From Candidatus Micrarchaeota archaeon (GTDB lineage: Archaea; Micrarchaeota; Micrarchaeia; Anstonellales; Bilamarchaeaceae), in the NCBI GenBank assembly GCA_043821365.1, contig JBDRCX010000002.1, positions 32,001 through 96,000 of the forward strand: a DNA stretch of 64,000 nt. Direction: 5' to 3'. Shown one piece after another: positions 27,204 through 36,706 of the stretch. The position numbers and the translations under genes are program-made. The notes beneath the pieces were generated by a model, which worked only from the letters and a program-made list of their open reading frames with translations, was not told the origin of the DNA and did no database searches. Every line of letters starts with the position of its first letter. Within the stretch, counting starts at the first letter, position 1.

Positions 27204-29345
27204 ATGGCTATAGATTCAGCTAGCACTATTTCTCAACTCAGAGAAGTTGCATCAGCACATCCAGAACTATTTCCAAATCTTGTAAATTTGGCTGGCCGTG
27301 ATGGTTTATATGTTCGTACTACACTCTCACCAATGATTCCAGCTTCAGTGTGGGAGGAACTTCAAATAAGTTGGATAGAAAATTCTCCTCAAGAAACTTT
27401 CCTAGCTGCATTTTCTGCAAAACAAATGATAAGAGTATCGTCTAAAGTTAGTCAAGCTATTGATAGAAAAATACTTGGATATGTAACTACTGTTCTCGAT
27501 ACAAGACCAGAATTATTTCCAACTGTAAATGGGTTGCTGGGCTTGAATTTGCCGCACATTACCTCGACACTCTTCTGGAGAATTCCCAAAGCAACATGGA
27601 GTAGTTTACAGTTAGATTGGATTGAAACTTCTTCTGATGCTAGTTTTGTAACTGCATTGAGTGCTAGTGCAATGCGTACTGTTTCACCAGTAGTGAACAG
27701 AGCATTGAACAAAAGACTATTGAAAATAGTTGAAAAAGATCTCCATGAAAACCCAGGTGTTTTTCCCTCCACACTTGGCTTATCTAAACTTTCTAATTTG
27801 CCAGCTCGTCATTTACTACATTCAAGAATTCCAAATCAAACATTAGAAAAACTTCAACTAAGATGGGTGAAAAAAAGCACAGAGGAACATTTTCTCGTTG
27901 CTTTTTCTACAAATTCATTTAGTCAAATCTCTGATGCTGTTACTGCTGCAGTGAATCAAAGATTACTAGTGATTGTTAAAAAAACAATGAGGAAACACCC
28001 AGAAGTGTTCCCCACATGTTCAAGTTTAGCGCAGGTTGATGGTCTACCATGTACTACTGTCTTAGCAAAAAGGATTCCAAAAGCCGTTCTAGACGAAATC
28101 CAATCAAATTGGGTTGAAAACTCTTCAGAAAAAAACTTTCTTGCAGCATTTTCAAACAGTTCTATGACTTCTGTTTCTGAACCTGTTCAACTTGCAATTG
28201 ATGGGAGATTAAGAGACATCTATGTTTCTCATCTATCTACTGGCCGTCCACTCCCTAAACTCGGTAAATCTACTTTCAGTTCCCATGTGGTTGATTTTGA
28301 TGATCTTAGAGCTATTCATGGGATTTTCACAGGTCAAAGAAGTCCGGATCAACAATTAGTTTCTAAAATAGGTTTAAGGGTTGCTGAAAGAGAATCTTGG
28401 GTTCATTCTCTTATGGAAAAAAGGCTAGAGCAATTATGGTTTTTCAGAGAATTGGCTGTTCTTGCATTTGTTGGGTACGCAGATAACTCTACTGTTGTTT
28501 CATTTTCTCATGAAACACTACCAATTAAATTACAAAAAATATTCCCAGCTGTTCAAAATGTTCAACATGTATTTTTAGAAAATCTTGAAGATGGCACTAT
28601 CAAACCTTTAGATAGAACTATTCTGCTATCTGTTTTTCAATGGCTTTCACAACCAAGATTAGCCAATCTCATTAGAAATCTTTCTCTTTCTACAAGTCCT
28701 GGTCATGAGGTTGTTTTTACATATCCTCAAGATCATACTCTTCTTCCAGACGCAGTGGATAATCTAGCCAAACTTGGTTTCGAATTAGTTCGTTTAGGAG
28801 AACTTAGACTTACTCCACATGCAACAGCACAAGAACCTGAAAAACTCGAACAATTTTCACGAGTCGGAGTTATGAGAAGAACTAGTGGTGTTCCTGCTGA
28901 ATTAGCATCAGTTGATTTGTTTTTTAGCGATACTTCTACTCCTTCATCAATACAATCTACTAATATACTTGCAAGAACATACAAACCAAAAGATCTTGTA
29001 GATTCTCATCATTCTGTTGTTCTTCATAGTTCTGATGCACATGTTGGTGGATTTACAAAACCACAACTTGTTGAAATATGTTCTCTTCCACCATCATTCA
29101 TTCTTACTTTTGCAGGCGGTGAAATTGCTGGTTTTGATATGCATCCATCAAAAAGAGGAACAGTTGAAATCGAAGGATCTCCAATTAATTATGGGGTTAT
29201 TCAAGCAACATTTGCATTACTAAAGGGGGCAACTCCGACATTAGATATTGCTGATTCTATGCGTGAAAATTATCGTGCTTTTGTTGCCAGTCTAAAAACT
29301 CGAACTCCTAATGTAGCAGAAACAAGAATAAGAAGAGTAAAATAA
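27204..29345 (+). CDS. Hypothetical protein with four 82-aa repeats and a degenerate methyltransferase-like C-terminal region
   Basis: 713-aa ORF; ATG 29 nt after TTATAAAT (27175). Confidence 0.7.
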   Translation: MAIDSASTISQLREVASAHPELFPNLVNLAGRDGLYVRTTLSPMIPASVWEELQISWIENSPQETFLAAFSAKQMIRVSSKVSQAIDRKILGYVTTVLDTRPELFPTVNGLLGLNLPHITSTLFWRIPKATWSSLQLDWIETSSDASFVTALSASAMRTVSPVVNRALNKRLLKIVEKDLHENPGVFPSTLGLSKLSNLPARHLLHSRIPNQTLEKLQLRWVKKSTEEHFLVAFSTNSFSQISDAVTAAVNQRLLVIVKKTMRKHPEVFPTCSSLAQVDGLPCTTVLAKRIPKAVLDEIQSNWVENSSEKNFLAAFSNSSMTSVSEPVQLAIDGRLRDIYVSHLSTGRPLPKLGKSTFSSHVVDFDDLRAIHGIFTGQRSPDQQLVSKIGLRVAERESWVHSLMEKRLEQLWFFRELAVLAFVGYADNSTVVSFSHETLPIKLQKIFPAVQNVQHVFLENLEDGTIKPLDRTILLSVFQWLSQPRLANLIRNLSLSTSPGHEVVFTYPQDHTLLPDAVDNLAKLGFELVRLGELRLTPHATAQEPEKLEQFSRVGVMRRTSGVPAELASVDLFFSDTSTPSSIQSTNILARTYKPKDLVDSHHSVVLHSSDAHVGGFTKPQLVEICSLPPSFILTFAGGEIAGFDMHPSKRGTVEIEGSPINYGVIQATFALLKGATPTLDIADSMRENYRAFVASLKTRTPNVAETRIRRVK
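27258..28241 (+). repeat. Four tandem 82-aa (246-nt) protein repeats
   Basis: Units start HPELFP (aa19), RPELFP (101), NPGVFP (183), HPEVFP (265); share IP...LQ..W(I/V)E.S....F..A(F/L)S. Confidence 0.85.
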
Positions 29346-29351
29346 AAAAAA

Positions 29352-29747
29352 TTATGAAATAATGGTTGCGCCAGGTTTTGCTTTTGGCTTTGCCTTGACA
29401 ATCTTTACATTTGCTGGTGTCAAGAGTATTAATGCTGTTTTTGTGTCATTTGCCAAGCCTGCAACATCACCATTAATTTTCCCACTATGACTTCTTATTT
29501 TAGATAAAATTGTCTTAAGCCTATTTGGCTGGTTCTTGAGTGGGTATACATCCAAAACAACAATATTCTTTTGGCTAAGCTCTTTTACTGCAAGTTCTCC
29601 GTCGCCTTCATTCCTCAATTCGACTTTCTTAACATAGAAATCCGCAGGAGGGCTTACAACGTCGCCTTCAGCATCCATTAAATCTTCCAAATCAGGTACG
29701 TCTGATTGTTCGTTCTTTCCACCTAATATTTTATCGAAAAGTCCCAT
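29352..29747 (-). CDS. sepF: Cell division protein SepF (archaeal)
   Basis: MGLFDKILG amphipathic N-terminus; NIVVLDV, INGDVAG, ILLTPANVKI. Confidence 0.85.
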   Translation of the reverse strand: MGLFDKILGGKNEQSDVPDLEDLMDAEGDVVSPPADFYVKKVELRNEGDGELAVKELSQKNIVVLDVYPLKNQPNRLKTILSKIRSHSGKINGDVAGLANDTKTALILLTPANVKIVKAKPKAKPGATIIS

Positions 29748-29801
29748 TAAATCACCACTGCATGGATACTCTTTAATTTAATGCAATTACTTTTTAAATG
29801 T

Positions 29802-29822
29802 ACGTCGACTTCAATTCGACGT
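29802..29822. other. Perfect hairpin ACGTCGA-N7-TCGACGT between the oxidoreductase stop and the sepF promoter
   Basis: 7-bp CpG-rich inverted repeat; terminator or operator role not resolved. Confidence 0.4.
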
Positions 29823-29830
29823 GTTTGCCA

Positions 29831-31123
29831 TTATGCAAACAATTTAGCCTTTTCAAATGCACTTTCAATGCATTTATCTGAATTATAATATCTAAATTCT
29901 GAGAATCTACCAAGTAGAGTTATGCCTTCAGATTTTGCAAAATCTTCTATGATTTTTATATTCTCTAAATAATCCAAATCATAAACAACATAGGCATATT
30001 TACACGTTACAAGTTTCTTGAAAACAACCTGCTTTTTGTCAATTACTTTTATATCGTGAAGATCATCTATTGTCCTTTCAATTATTTCACTTTTACTAAA
30101 TTTTGCTTTTTCCCCATCTGGCCGGAATGTTATTTCTGCAAGAACAGATGAATGCCCTTTAGGGACAGTGTTTGGACTCATATTTCCAGGGAAACTTATT
30201 CTATTTGGCAATCGTTCTTTGTCGGGTATGTATGCCCAATGTATGTCATTTAATTTTGGAGTTTCCAATCCAATCATTACTAAATAAATCGAGTTCCATT
30301 TTAGGTTGTCTACTGCATTTTTCACGTTTTCTGGTGCACCATCATATGCATGGATGAAATCACGGACGTGTATTGTGTTTACTATTTTATCATAGATTTT
30401 TTCCTCTGGTCCTTTCACAACCCAATTATCTCCTTCTTTTTTTATTTTATTTATTTTGAAATTTGTTATTATTTTTTTCTGATCAATCTGCTTGCTTATT
30501 GCATTACTTACTGTTTCGATTCCACCATAATTTGGATAATAAAAATTCAGTTGGTGGGTATATCCTTCTGATTCCATCCCCATTGCTGCTTTTTTCACGT
30601 CTTCTATTGGTGGTTGTGGTACCCTACCTTCAACCCAGAAGATATCCATTTTTTCAGTTGGATAATCCCAAACCTTGTTGTTGTAAGGATATAAATATTT
30701 CTCAGTTATTCCTTTTCCAAAACGGTAATACATCCATTCTTTGAAATTTTTTGGTTTGCTTAACTCACTTCCTTCTCTTTTATCATAGATTTCTTTGTAA
30801 TCATTGTAACATTCCATTGCTTCTTCTTTTGGTAAGTCTCCCAACCCATTTTCAAATGGATATTTAACTTTTATTCCTTTATAGAAAATTTTCGTATTTC
30901 TCCTATGTGTAAGCTTATTATCACCAAGAACATCCAACATATATTTTAGAACTTCCTGGTTTTTTGAAAATATTATGTGTGATCCCATATCAAAAGTATA
31001 TCCGTCTTCTTTCGCCGATCGCATAAGTCCTCCTACTGTTTTTTCCATTTCAAGAACTTCTGATTCGACTTTATTTGCAAATGTTAGGCCAGAAATACCC
31101 CCACCCAAAACTCCTATTTTCAT
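29831..31123 (-). CDS. FAD-dependent oxidoreductase (HemY / eukaryote-type UDP-galactopyranose mutase-like)
   Basis: MKIGVLGGGISGL, GSHIIFSK, YPFENG, PYNNKVW, GRFSEFRYYN; start could be 31132. Confidence 0.75.
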   Translation of the reverse strand: MKIGVLGGGISGLTFANKVESEVLEMEKTVGGLMRSAKEDGYTFDMGSHIIFSKNQEVLKYMLDVLGDNKLTHRRNTKIFYKGIKVKYPFENGLGDLPKEEAMECYNDYKEIYDKREGSELSKPKNFKEWMYYRFGKGITEKYLYPYNNKVWDYPTEKMDIFWVEGRVPQPPIEDVKKAAMGMESEGYTHQLNFYYPNYGGIETVSNAISKQIDQKKIITNFKINKIKKEGDNWVVKGPEEKIYDKIVNTIHVRDFIHAYDGAPENVKNAVDNLKWNSIYLVMIGLETPKLNDIHWAYIPDKERLPNRISFPGNMSPNTVPKGHSSVLAEITFRPDGEKAKFSKSEIIERTIDDLHDIKVIDKKQVVFKKLVTCKYAYVVYDLDYLENIKIIEDFAKSEGITLLGRFSEFRYYNSDKCIESAFEKAKLFA

Positions 31124-31184
31124 ATTTATCATTACTCTATTTGTGGTAGGCACCGGATTTTTAAACATTTACCTATTCTATCTG

Positions 31185-31335
31185 CTGGAATGTTTCACTA
31201 ATTTGCTTGCATACGCTTGCAAATGTGAACTATAACAAAATCCAGTTTTGCATTTTTCGCTTGGCAAGAACGAATTCTCGTTCTTGATTGTTTTGAACGT
31301 TTTGCGTTCAAAGGCATCGTGAAAAATTAGCAAAA
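31185..31335 (+). ncRNA. Highly structured 5' leader of hppA (candidate cis-regulatory RNA)
   Basis: Nested stems and two perfect hairpins (9 bp and 8 bp) between TTTAAACA (31160) and the GGTGA RBS (31341). Confidence 0.5.
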
Positions 31336-31349
31336 CAAAAGGTGAATAC

Positions 31350-33341
31350 ATGGATGCAATATCATTGGCTATAGGAGCCGGCATATTGACACTGTTATAT
31401 GCTGTATATCTGGCTTATAGAGTGCTCAATCAACCTAGTGGAAATGACAAGATGAAAGAAATTGCAAAAGCAATTCAAGAAGGTGCAAATGCATTTTTAA
31501 TGAGACAATACACTACTCTTGCAATAATAGTAGTAATATTATTTGCGGTAATTTGGGTATGGCTTACTCAAGAAATGGCTCTTGCTTTTATTGCCGGGGT
31601 TATATCTTCTGCTCTTGCAGGTTATGTTGGTATGCAAGTTTCAGTACGTGCAAATGTGAGGGTAGCTGAAGCTGCTAAAAAAGGACTACAGCCTGCACTT
31701 GACCTATCTTTCAAAGGCGGGGCAGTTACTGGTATGGCATTGGCAGGCCTTGGTCTTGTTGGAGTTGGAGTATTATACTTATATTTCGGCAACATCACTC
31801 CACTGATTGGTTATGGTTTCGGTGCATCACTCATCTCCCTCTTCGCCCGTGTTGGTGGTGGGATATATACCAAAGCAGCAGATGTTGGTGCTGATCTAGT
31901 TGGTAAAATTGAAAAAGGAATTCCAGAAGATGACCCAAGAAACCCAGCAGTTATTGCTGATAATGTTGGTGATAATGTTGGTGACTGCGCAGGTATGGCA
32001 GCAGATGTTTTTGAGTCATTTGTGGTTACTGTTATCGCAGCAATGTTGATTGGGTTGACGATGGCAGATAGTTTGTTAATTAACATCCCCCTTGCTATAG
32101 CAGCAATAGGTGTTTTCTCAAGCATAATCGGTTCGTTTTTTGTTAGAATAGGAAGGAAAGCTACCAAGATAATGCCAGCATTCTATACTGGAATGCTAAT
32201 AAGTGCATTGTTAATGATAATCCTGTCCTATGTTTATCTAACAAATATAGTTGGATTAACAGTTTCAGTAATGACATTATTTGTGCCAGTTATTCTTGGT
32301 GCCATAGTGACATTATTACTATTTGTAATTAGTGAGTATTATACTGCAACTGAATTCGGCCCAGTAAAAGCAGTTGCAAAAGCAGCAACAACCGGTGCAG
32401 GAACAAATCTAATCTCTGGTCTTGCAATTGGTATGGAATCAACTGCATTACCCACACTTGTGATTCTTTCTGCCATAGTTATTTCATATTCGGTTGGAGG
32501 ATTATATGGGGTTGGCCTTGCAGCAGCAGCGATGCTTTCATTAAGTGCAATAGTAATTGCAATTGATGCATATGGTCCAATTACTGATAATGCAGGTGGA
32601 ATTGCGGAGATGGCCCATCTTCCATCTACTGTTAGGAAAGTAACTGATGCATTGGATGCAGTTGGAAATACAACAAAAGCAACAACCAAAGGTTATGCAA
32701 TTGGTGGTGCAGCACTTGGTGCTCTTGCATTATTTGTTGCATATGCAGAAGAAACACACCTTACTTCAGTAAACCTTCTTGACACACCGGTTGTAGTTGG
32801 TTTATTTATAGGTGCATTACTTCCATTCATCTTCTCAAGTTTGCTTGTTCTTGCAGTTGGAAGAGCAGCATTCCAAATAGTTGAAGAAGTAAGAAGGCAG
32901 TTCAAGGAAATTAAAGGCCTTATGGCTGGTACTGGAAGAGCGGACTATGCAAAATGTGTTGACATTGCAACTGCCACTGCTCTACGTGAACTTGCTCTTC
33001 CTGGTATTTTAGCTGTTGCAACTCCTTTGCTAGTTGGTTATTTGTTTGGTGCAGCAGCACTTGGTGGTTTATTGGCTGGTGTTATTGCAAGTGGGCTTAT
33101 GCTTGCTTTGATGATGACAACAGCAGGTGCTTCTTGGGATAATGCAAAGAAGTACATAGAAGAAGGTCACTATGGTGGAAAAGGTAGTGAGGCACACAAA
33201 GCAGCGGTTATTGGTGATACTGTCGGTGATCCGTTAAAAGACACAGCAGGCCCAGCACTAAATGCTTTGATTAAGGTTGTGAATACAGTCTCACTTGTGT
33301 TTGCTGGCCTTATAATTGCAAAGAGCTTGAACATTATATAA
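31350..33341 (+). CDS. hppA: Membrane H+-translocating pyrophosphatase, K+-independent type
   Basis: GGGIYTKAADVGADLVGKIE, DDPRNPAVIADNVGDNVGD, GNTTKATTKG (Lys in the GNxxK motif), DTVGDPLKD. Confidence 0.96.
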   Translation: MDAISLAIGAGILTLLYAVYLAYRVLNQPSGNDKMKEIAKAIQEGANAFLMRQYTTLAIIVVILFAVIWVWLTQEMALAFIAGVISSALAGYVGMQVSVRANVRVAEAAKKGLQPALDLSFKGGAVTGMALAGLGLVGVGVLYLYFGNITPLIGYGFGASLISLFARVGGGIYTKAADVGADLVGKIEKGIPEDDPRNPAVIADNVGDNVGDCAGMAADVFESFVVTVIAAMLIGLTMADSLLINIPLAIAAIGVFSSIIGSFFVRIGRKATKIMPAFYTGMLISALLMIILSYVYLTNIVGLTVSVMTLFVPVILGAIVTLLLFVISEYYTATEFGPVKAVAKAATTGAGTNLISGLAIGMESTALPTLVILSAIVISYSVGGLYGVGLAAAAMLSLSAIVIAIDAYGPITDNAGGIAEMAHLPSTVRKVTDALDAVGNTTKATTKGYAIGGAALGALALFVAYAEETHLTSVNLLDTPVVVGLFIGALLPFIFSSLLVLAVGRAAFQIVEEVRRQFKEIKGLMAGTGRADYAKCVDIATATALRELALPGILAVATPLLVGYLFGAAALGGLLAGVIASGLMLALMMTTAGASWDNAKKYIEEGHYGGKGSEAHKAAVIGDTVGDPLKDTAGPALNALIKVVNTVSLVFAGLIIAKSLNII

Positions 33342-33411
33342 TTTTTTTATTTTTCTATTTTTATATCCCAAAAATGTTATTTTTTAATTTCTTGTACTCA
33401 TAACCAAAACC

Positions 33412-33921
33412 ATGGAAACACCCGATACTCCGTGGGCGCAAAACCATGATATCAGAATACACAAACCAAAAATAGATAGTCCTCATCCTACGGCGGTTTT
33501 CTTCTTAGAATTTTTAAAATCAAAGAATATCAAATCTGGCAGACTAATCGAAATAGGTGGTGGAAACGGTAGAAATGCCGTTTTCTTTGCTGAGAAAGGC
33601 TTCGAAGTCCATTCTGTTGATAAAGAATCAATACAAGATCTTGATCTATATGGGGTGTTTCCTCATTCGCACAGTGTTGGTGATTTTTGGAATTTTGAAA
33701 ACGCATATTTCAATATTGCATTTGATAGTTCTTGTTATCATAAACTTTCTAATAATGAAAAACAAAATTATTGTAATGAACTTGGCCGTGTTATGGATTC
33801 CTGCGGTATCTTTCTCCTGTCTATTCCAGAAAAAGAAACTGAAAAAATAGAATTCCCTGGTTTTCAAATAAGTTTAAGAAAAAATATTGAAGATTTTACT
33901 GTATTTGTTTTAATCAAATAA
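33412..33921 (+). CDS. Class I SAM-dependent methyltransferase
   Basis: LIEIGGGNGRNAVFFAEKGFEVHSVD, FDSSCYH. Confidence 0.8.
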   Translation: METPDTPWAQNHDIRIHKPKIDSPHPTAVFFLEFLKSKNIKSGRLIEIGGGNGRNAVFFAEKGFEVHSVDKESIQDLDLYGVFPHSHSVGDFWNFENAYFNIAFDSSCYHKLSNNEKQNYCNELGRVMDSCGIFLLSIPEKETEKIEFPGFQISLRKNIEDFTVFVLIK

Positions 33922-33937
33922 ACATAAACTGATCTGC

Positions 33938-35347
33938 TTATTTGTCAATTTTCCTAACAACTCCCAGATTCCCATCCACCTCTATCATATCTCCGTTTTT
34001 GAAAATCTTCGTTGCAATCCTGGTTCCAACAATACATGGCAAATTAAGTTCTCTAGAAACAATTGCCGCATGGCATAGTACCCCACCTTCATTTGTAACA
34101 ATTGCACCTGCTCTTTTCATTGCAGTTACAAAATCAGGGGTAGTCATTGATGTTATAAGTATCTCACCTTTTTTGATTTGCCCTGCTTCTTTAGCACTCA
34201 TTGTAATTCTTGCAACTCCCCTAACAATCCCCTTATTCGCAACCATTCCACTTACTTCAGTTATATCATCTGAATGGCTGATCTCATGGAATATCTGTTT
34301 TTCTTTTTCTACAGCAAAAAGTCCACTTCCAAATTCAGATTTATTATGTTCAAAATTCCAATTGTAAATAAAGCGTTTCATTCTTTCTTGCATCTTTTCT
34401 CTGTCCAATCTACCTGTTATTATTTCTTCAGGCAATGCATATTTCATTTCTTTTAATGAAATCCCTTTCCTTGCCCCAACCTCTGCAACTATCCAGTCAA
34501 GGTAATGTAAAAGTTGCATTATATACTCTTTTCTATAATCTTGATACCAGGAAAACATGTCAAGTAGTCTTATCAATTTCTTGTCTTTTTCCCCTAGTTT
34601 AAGCGTTTCTATTAGTTTTTCTTTTTCTCTATTGGTCTTTTCAATTTCATCATCCATTGCCTTTATCTGTTCTTCTGGTTCTGGGTATTTCTCTTCGATA
34701 TTTTTTAGTTCATTTAGGAAAAATTGCCGATCCAAAACTTCAGTAGTAAAATAATTATTGTGGATCCAATAATATTTTTTTACATGGTTTTCAATAAGAT
34801 CATCCAAATCTCTCTCAGTTTTTTTTGCAATTAATATTTCAAGCATCCCTCTGAGTTCTCTTTTACTAAAAGATTCTCTGTTAGTTGAAGTGAGGAGTGA
34901 TATTGCTTTTTTATCATTGTTTGTTATTCTTTCTAATATTCTCTCTCCTTGATGCCCTACTGGTTCAACAAGTCCACCAGGAACAAACCATTCGGTCCAC
35001 ATCTGTTCTATTCTTTTATAGGTTTCTATAATCTCGTTATCACTCAGCATTCTAAGGTTCGTTTCGTCTAACTTCTTGAATTCCAGATCAAATTTTTCTG
35101 TTTGTTTTTTTAGTTCTTGTTCAAATTCATCCATATCTATCTTTTTTGTGAATGTCTCAATCAAATACTGTCCATAATGGAGAAGCTCTTCCCATTTGTT
35201 GTACCACCCAACTATATCATTATTGTAAATTATCACTGTTGTTGGCCAGCATTTCCCATAAGCATTAGTCATTGGTTTTTCCCAAGCACGCATACACATT
35301 ATTATTGGCAATACGGTTGCTTGTCGTTCCCATTGAAACCATTTCAT
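33938..35347 (-). CDS. PEP-utilising enzyme mobile (phospho-His swivel) domain protein
   Basis: C-terminal MTTPDFV, VTNEGGVLCHAAIVSREL, PCIVG; N-terminal ~360 aa helical, no ATP-grasp domain. Confidence 0.85.
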   Translation of the reverse strand: MKWFQWERQATVLPIIMCMRAWEKPMTNAYGKCWPTTVIIYNNDIVGWYNKWEELLHYGQYLIETFTKKIDMDEFEQELKKQTEKFDLEFKKLDETNLRMLSDNEIIETYKRIEQMWTEWFVPGGLVEPVGHQGERILERITNNDKKAISLLTSTNRESFSKRELRGMLEILIAKKTERDLDDLIENHVKKYYWIHNNYFTTEVLDRQFFLNELKNIEEKYPEPEEQIKAMDDEIEKTNREKEKLIETLKLGEKDKKLIRLLDMFSWYQDYRKEYIMQLLHYLDWIVAEVGARKGISLKEMKYALPEEIITGRLDREKMQERMKRFIYNWNFEHNKSEFGSGLFAVEKEKQIFHEISHSDDITEVSGMVANKGIVRGVARITMSAKEAGQIKKGEILITSMTTPDFVTAMKRAGAIVTNEGGVLCHAAIVSRELNLPCIVGTRIATKIFKNGDMIEVDGNLGVVRKIDK

Positions 35348-35892
35348 ATTTCCCCCTCCACTTTTTCAGGCAATCCCAATTCATTCCGTATTCTCTTGAT
35401 TCTTTTATTATAGTGTTCAAGAATTTCTTTTGGTTTATCGTTGTAAATATAGTCTCCATAAAAGAAACAATCAAGACAATCTGCATCTTTTATTAGTTCA
35501 ACCAATTTATCATTACTGTAAATATGCTTATTACTGTGTTCATGAATTGCCATATAAATTTTTTCTATTTCATTTTTTTCAAAGTCCCTACTTTCTAATA
35601 GTTTCTTTGCTATCTCTGCACCCTTTTTTGCATGGCTTTCGTAATCCCCATTTACAATTACGTGTATGTCATGTAAACTTGCAGCTACAACGGCCAATTC
35701 TTCGTCAACTTCTCTTTTCTGTGCAAGTATTCTTGCCATTTGAATAACTCCAGAACTATGTTTTAGTTCCCATACTACGGAACTTTCTCTTTTTTCCTCA
35801 GGTACTTTCGAATTCAATATATGTTCAACAACTAAGAGTTGGATTTTTTCAGAGCGCGTAAGTCCGTTTCCTTTGAAATGATGGTAGGTCAT
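35344..35892 (-). CDS. HD-domain phosphohydrolase
   Basis: LKHSSGV, ASLHDI, HAKKGA, IHEHS, KDAD; ATGA-coupled to the next gene. Confidence 0.85.
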   Translation of the reverse strand: MTYHHFKGNGLTRSEKIQLLVVEHILNSKVPEEKRESSVVWELKHSSGVIQMARILAQKREVDEELAVVAASLHDIHVIVNGDYESHAKKGAEIAKKLLESRDFEKNEIEKIYMAIHEHSNKHIYSNDKLVELIKDADCLDCFFYGDYIYNDKPKEILEHYNKRIKRIRNELGLPEKVEGEI

Positions 35893-35926
35893 GAGAAGTA
35901 AGCCTCATTTATTAAATATATTTATT

Positions 35927-35950
35927 TACTACTACTATGAGGTAGTAGTA
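35927..35950. promoter_or_regulatory. Inverted repeat TACTACTAC-N6-GTAGTAGTA, candidate operator
   Basis: Perfect 9-bp arms ending on the A of the regulator's ATG, between divergent genes. Confidence 0.6.
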
Positions 35951-36705
35951 TGAATCTTGAAATCCTATATAAACTGGGACTTACAGAAAATGAAATAAAA
36001 GTTTATCTTTCACTTCTCGAACTTGGTCAGTCGACGACAGGTCCTCTAATTAAAAAAACAAAAATTCCATCATCAAAAATCTATCAAATTTTGGATAGTT
36101 TAGTTGGCAAAGGCATTGTTGGATATATTGCACATGGTGGTGTGAAAAAATTTAGAGCAAACAGACCAATAGTTTTGAGGCATCTTCTTGATCTTAAAGA
36201 GAAAGAAGTTGAAAGGTTGAAAAATGAACTAGAGGCAGTTCTACCCTCTTTGGAAAATGAGTTTCATTCTGAAAAAGTTAATTACAAAGTAGAATTACTC
36301 GAGGGAGTTCGAGGTATAAAAACAGTTTATGATATTTCTTTAGATTTGTTAAAACCAGGCGAGGAGATGTGCACTATTGGTTATCCAGTACTGGCAAGTG
36401 AAATTTTTAATGCATATTTTAGAGACTATCACAAAAAACTTGCAAAGAAAAAATTAAAGGCAAAAATATTGTATGACTATGATACTTGGTTCTCAAAAAA
36501 ACGTGAATCAAGACCCCATGCAGATCAAAAGTACCTTCCAAAAGGCATTGTAACTCCTGCATTTATTCATATTTTCCAAGATTATGTTGGCATAATGGTT
36601 GTTACTGAGAAACAAAAACTAAGTATTCTTATAAAAAACAAAGAAGTTGCAGAAAGTTATTTTCAATATTTCAAACTCTTGTGGAGATTGGGAAAAGCAC
36701 CCTAA
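35950..36705 (+). CDS. TrmB-family HTH transcriptional regulator
   Basis: LYKLGLTENEIKVYLSLLELG...SKIYQILDSLVGKGIV; same architecture as 24084..24821. Confidence 0.87.
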   Translation: MNLEILYKLGLTENEIKVYLSLLELGQSTTGPLIKKTKIPSSKIYQILDSLVGKGIVGYIAHGGVKKFRANRPIVLRHLLDLKEKEVERLKNELEAVLPSLENEFHSEKVNYKVELLEGVRGIKTVYDISLDLLKPGEEMCTIGYPVLASEIFNAYFRDYHKKLAKKKLKAKILYDYDTWFSKKRESRPHADQKYLPKGIVTPAFIHIFQDYVGIMVVTEKQKLSILIKNKEVAESYFQYFKLLWRLGKAP

Positions 36706-36706
36706 T

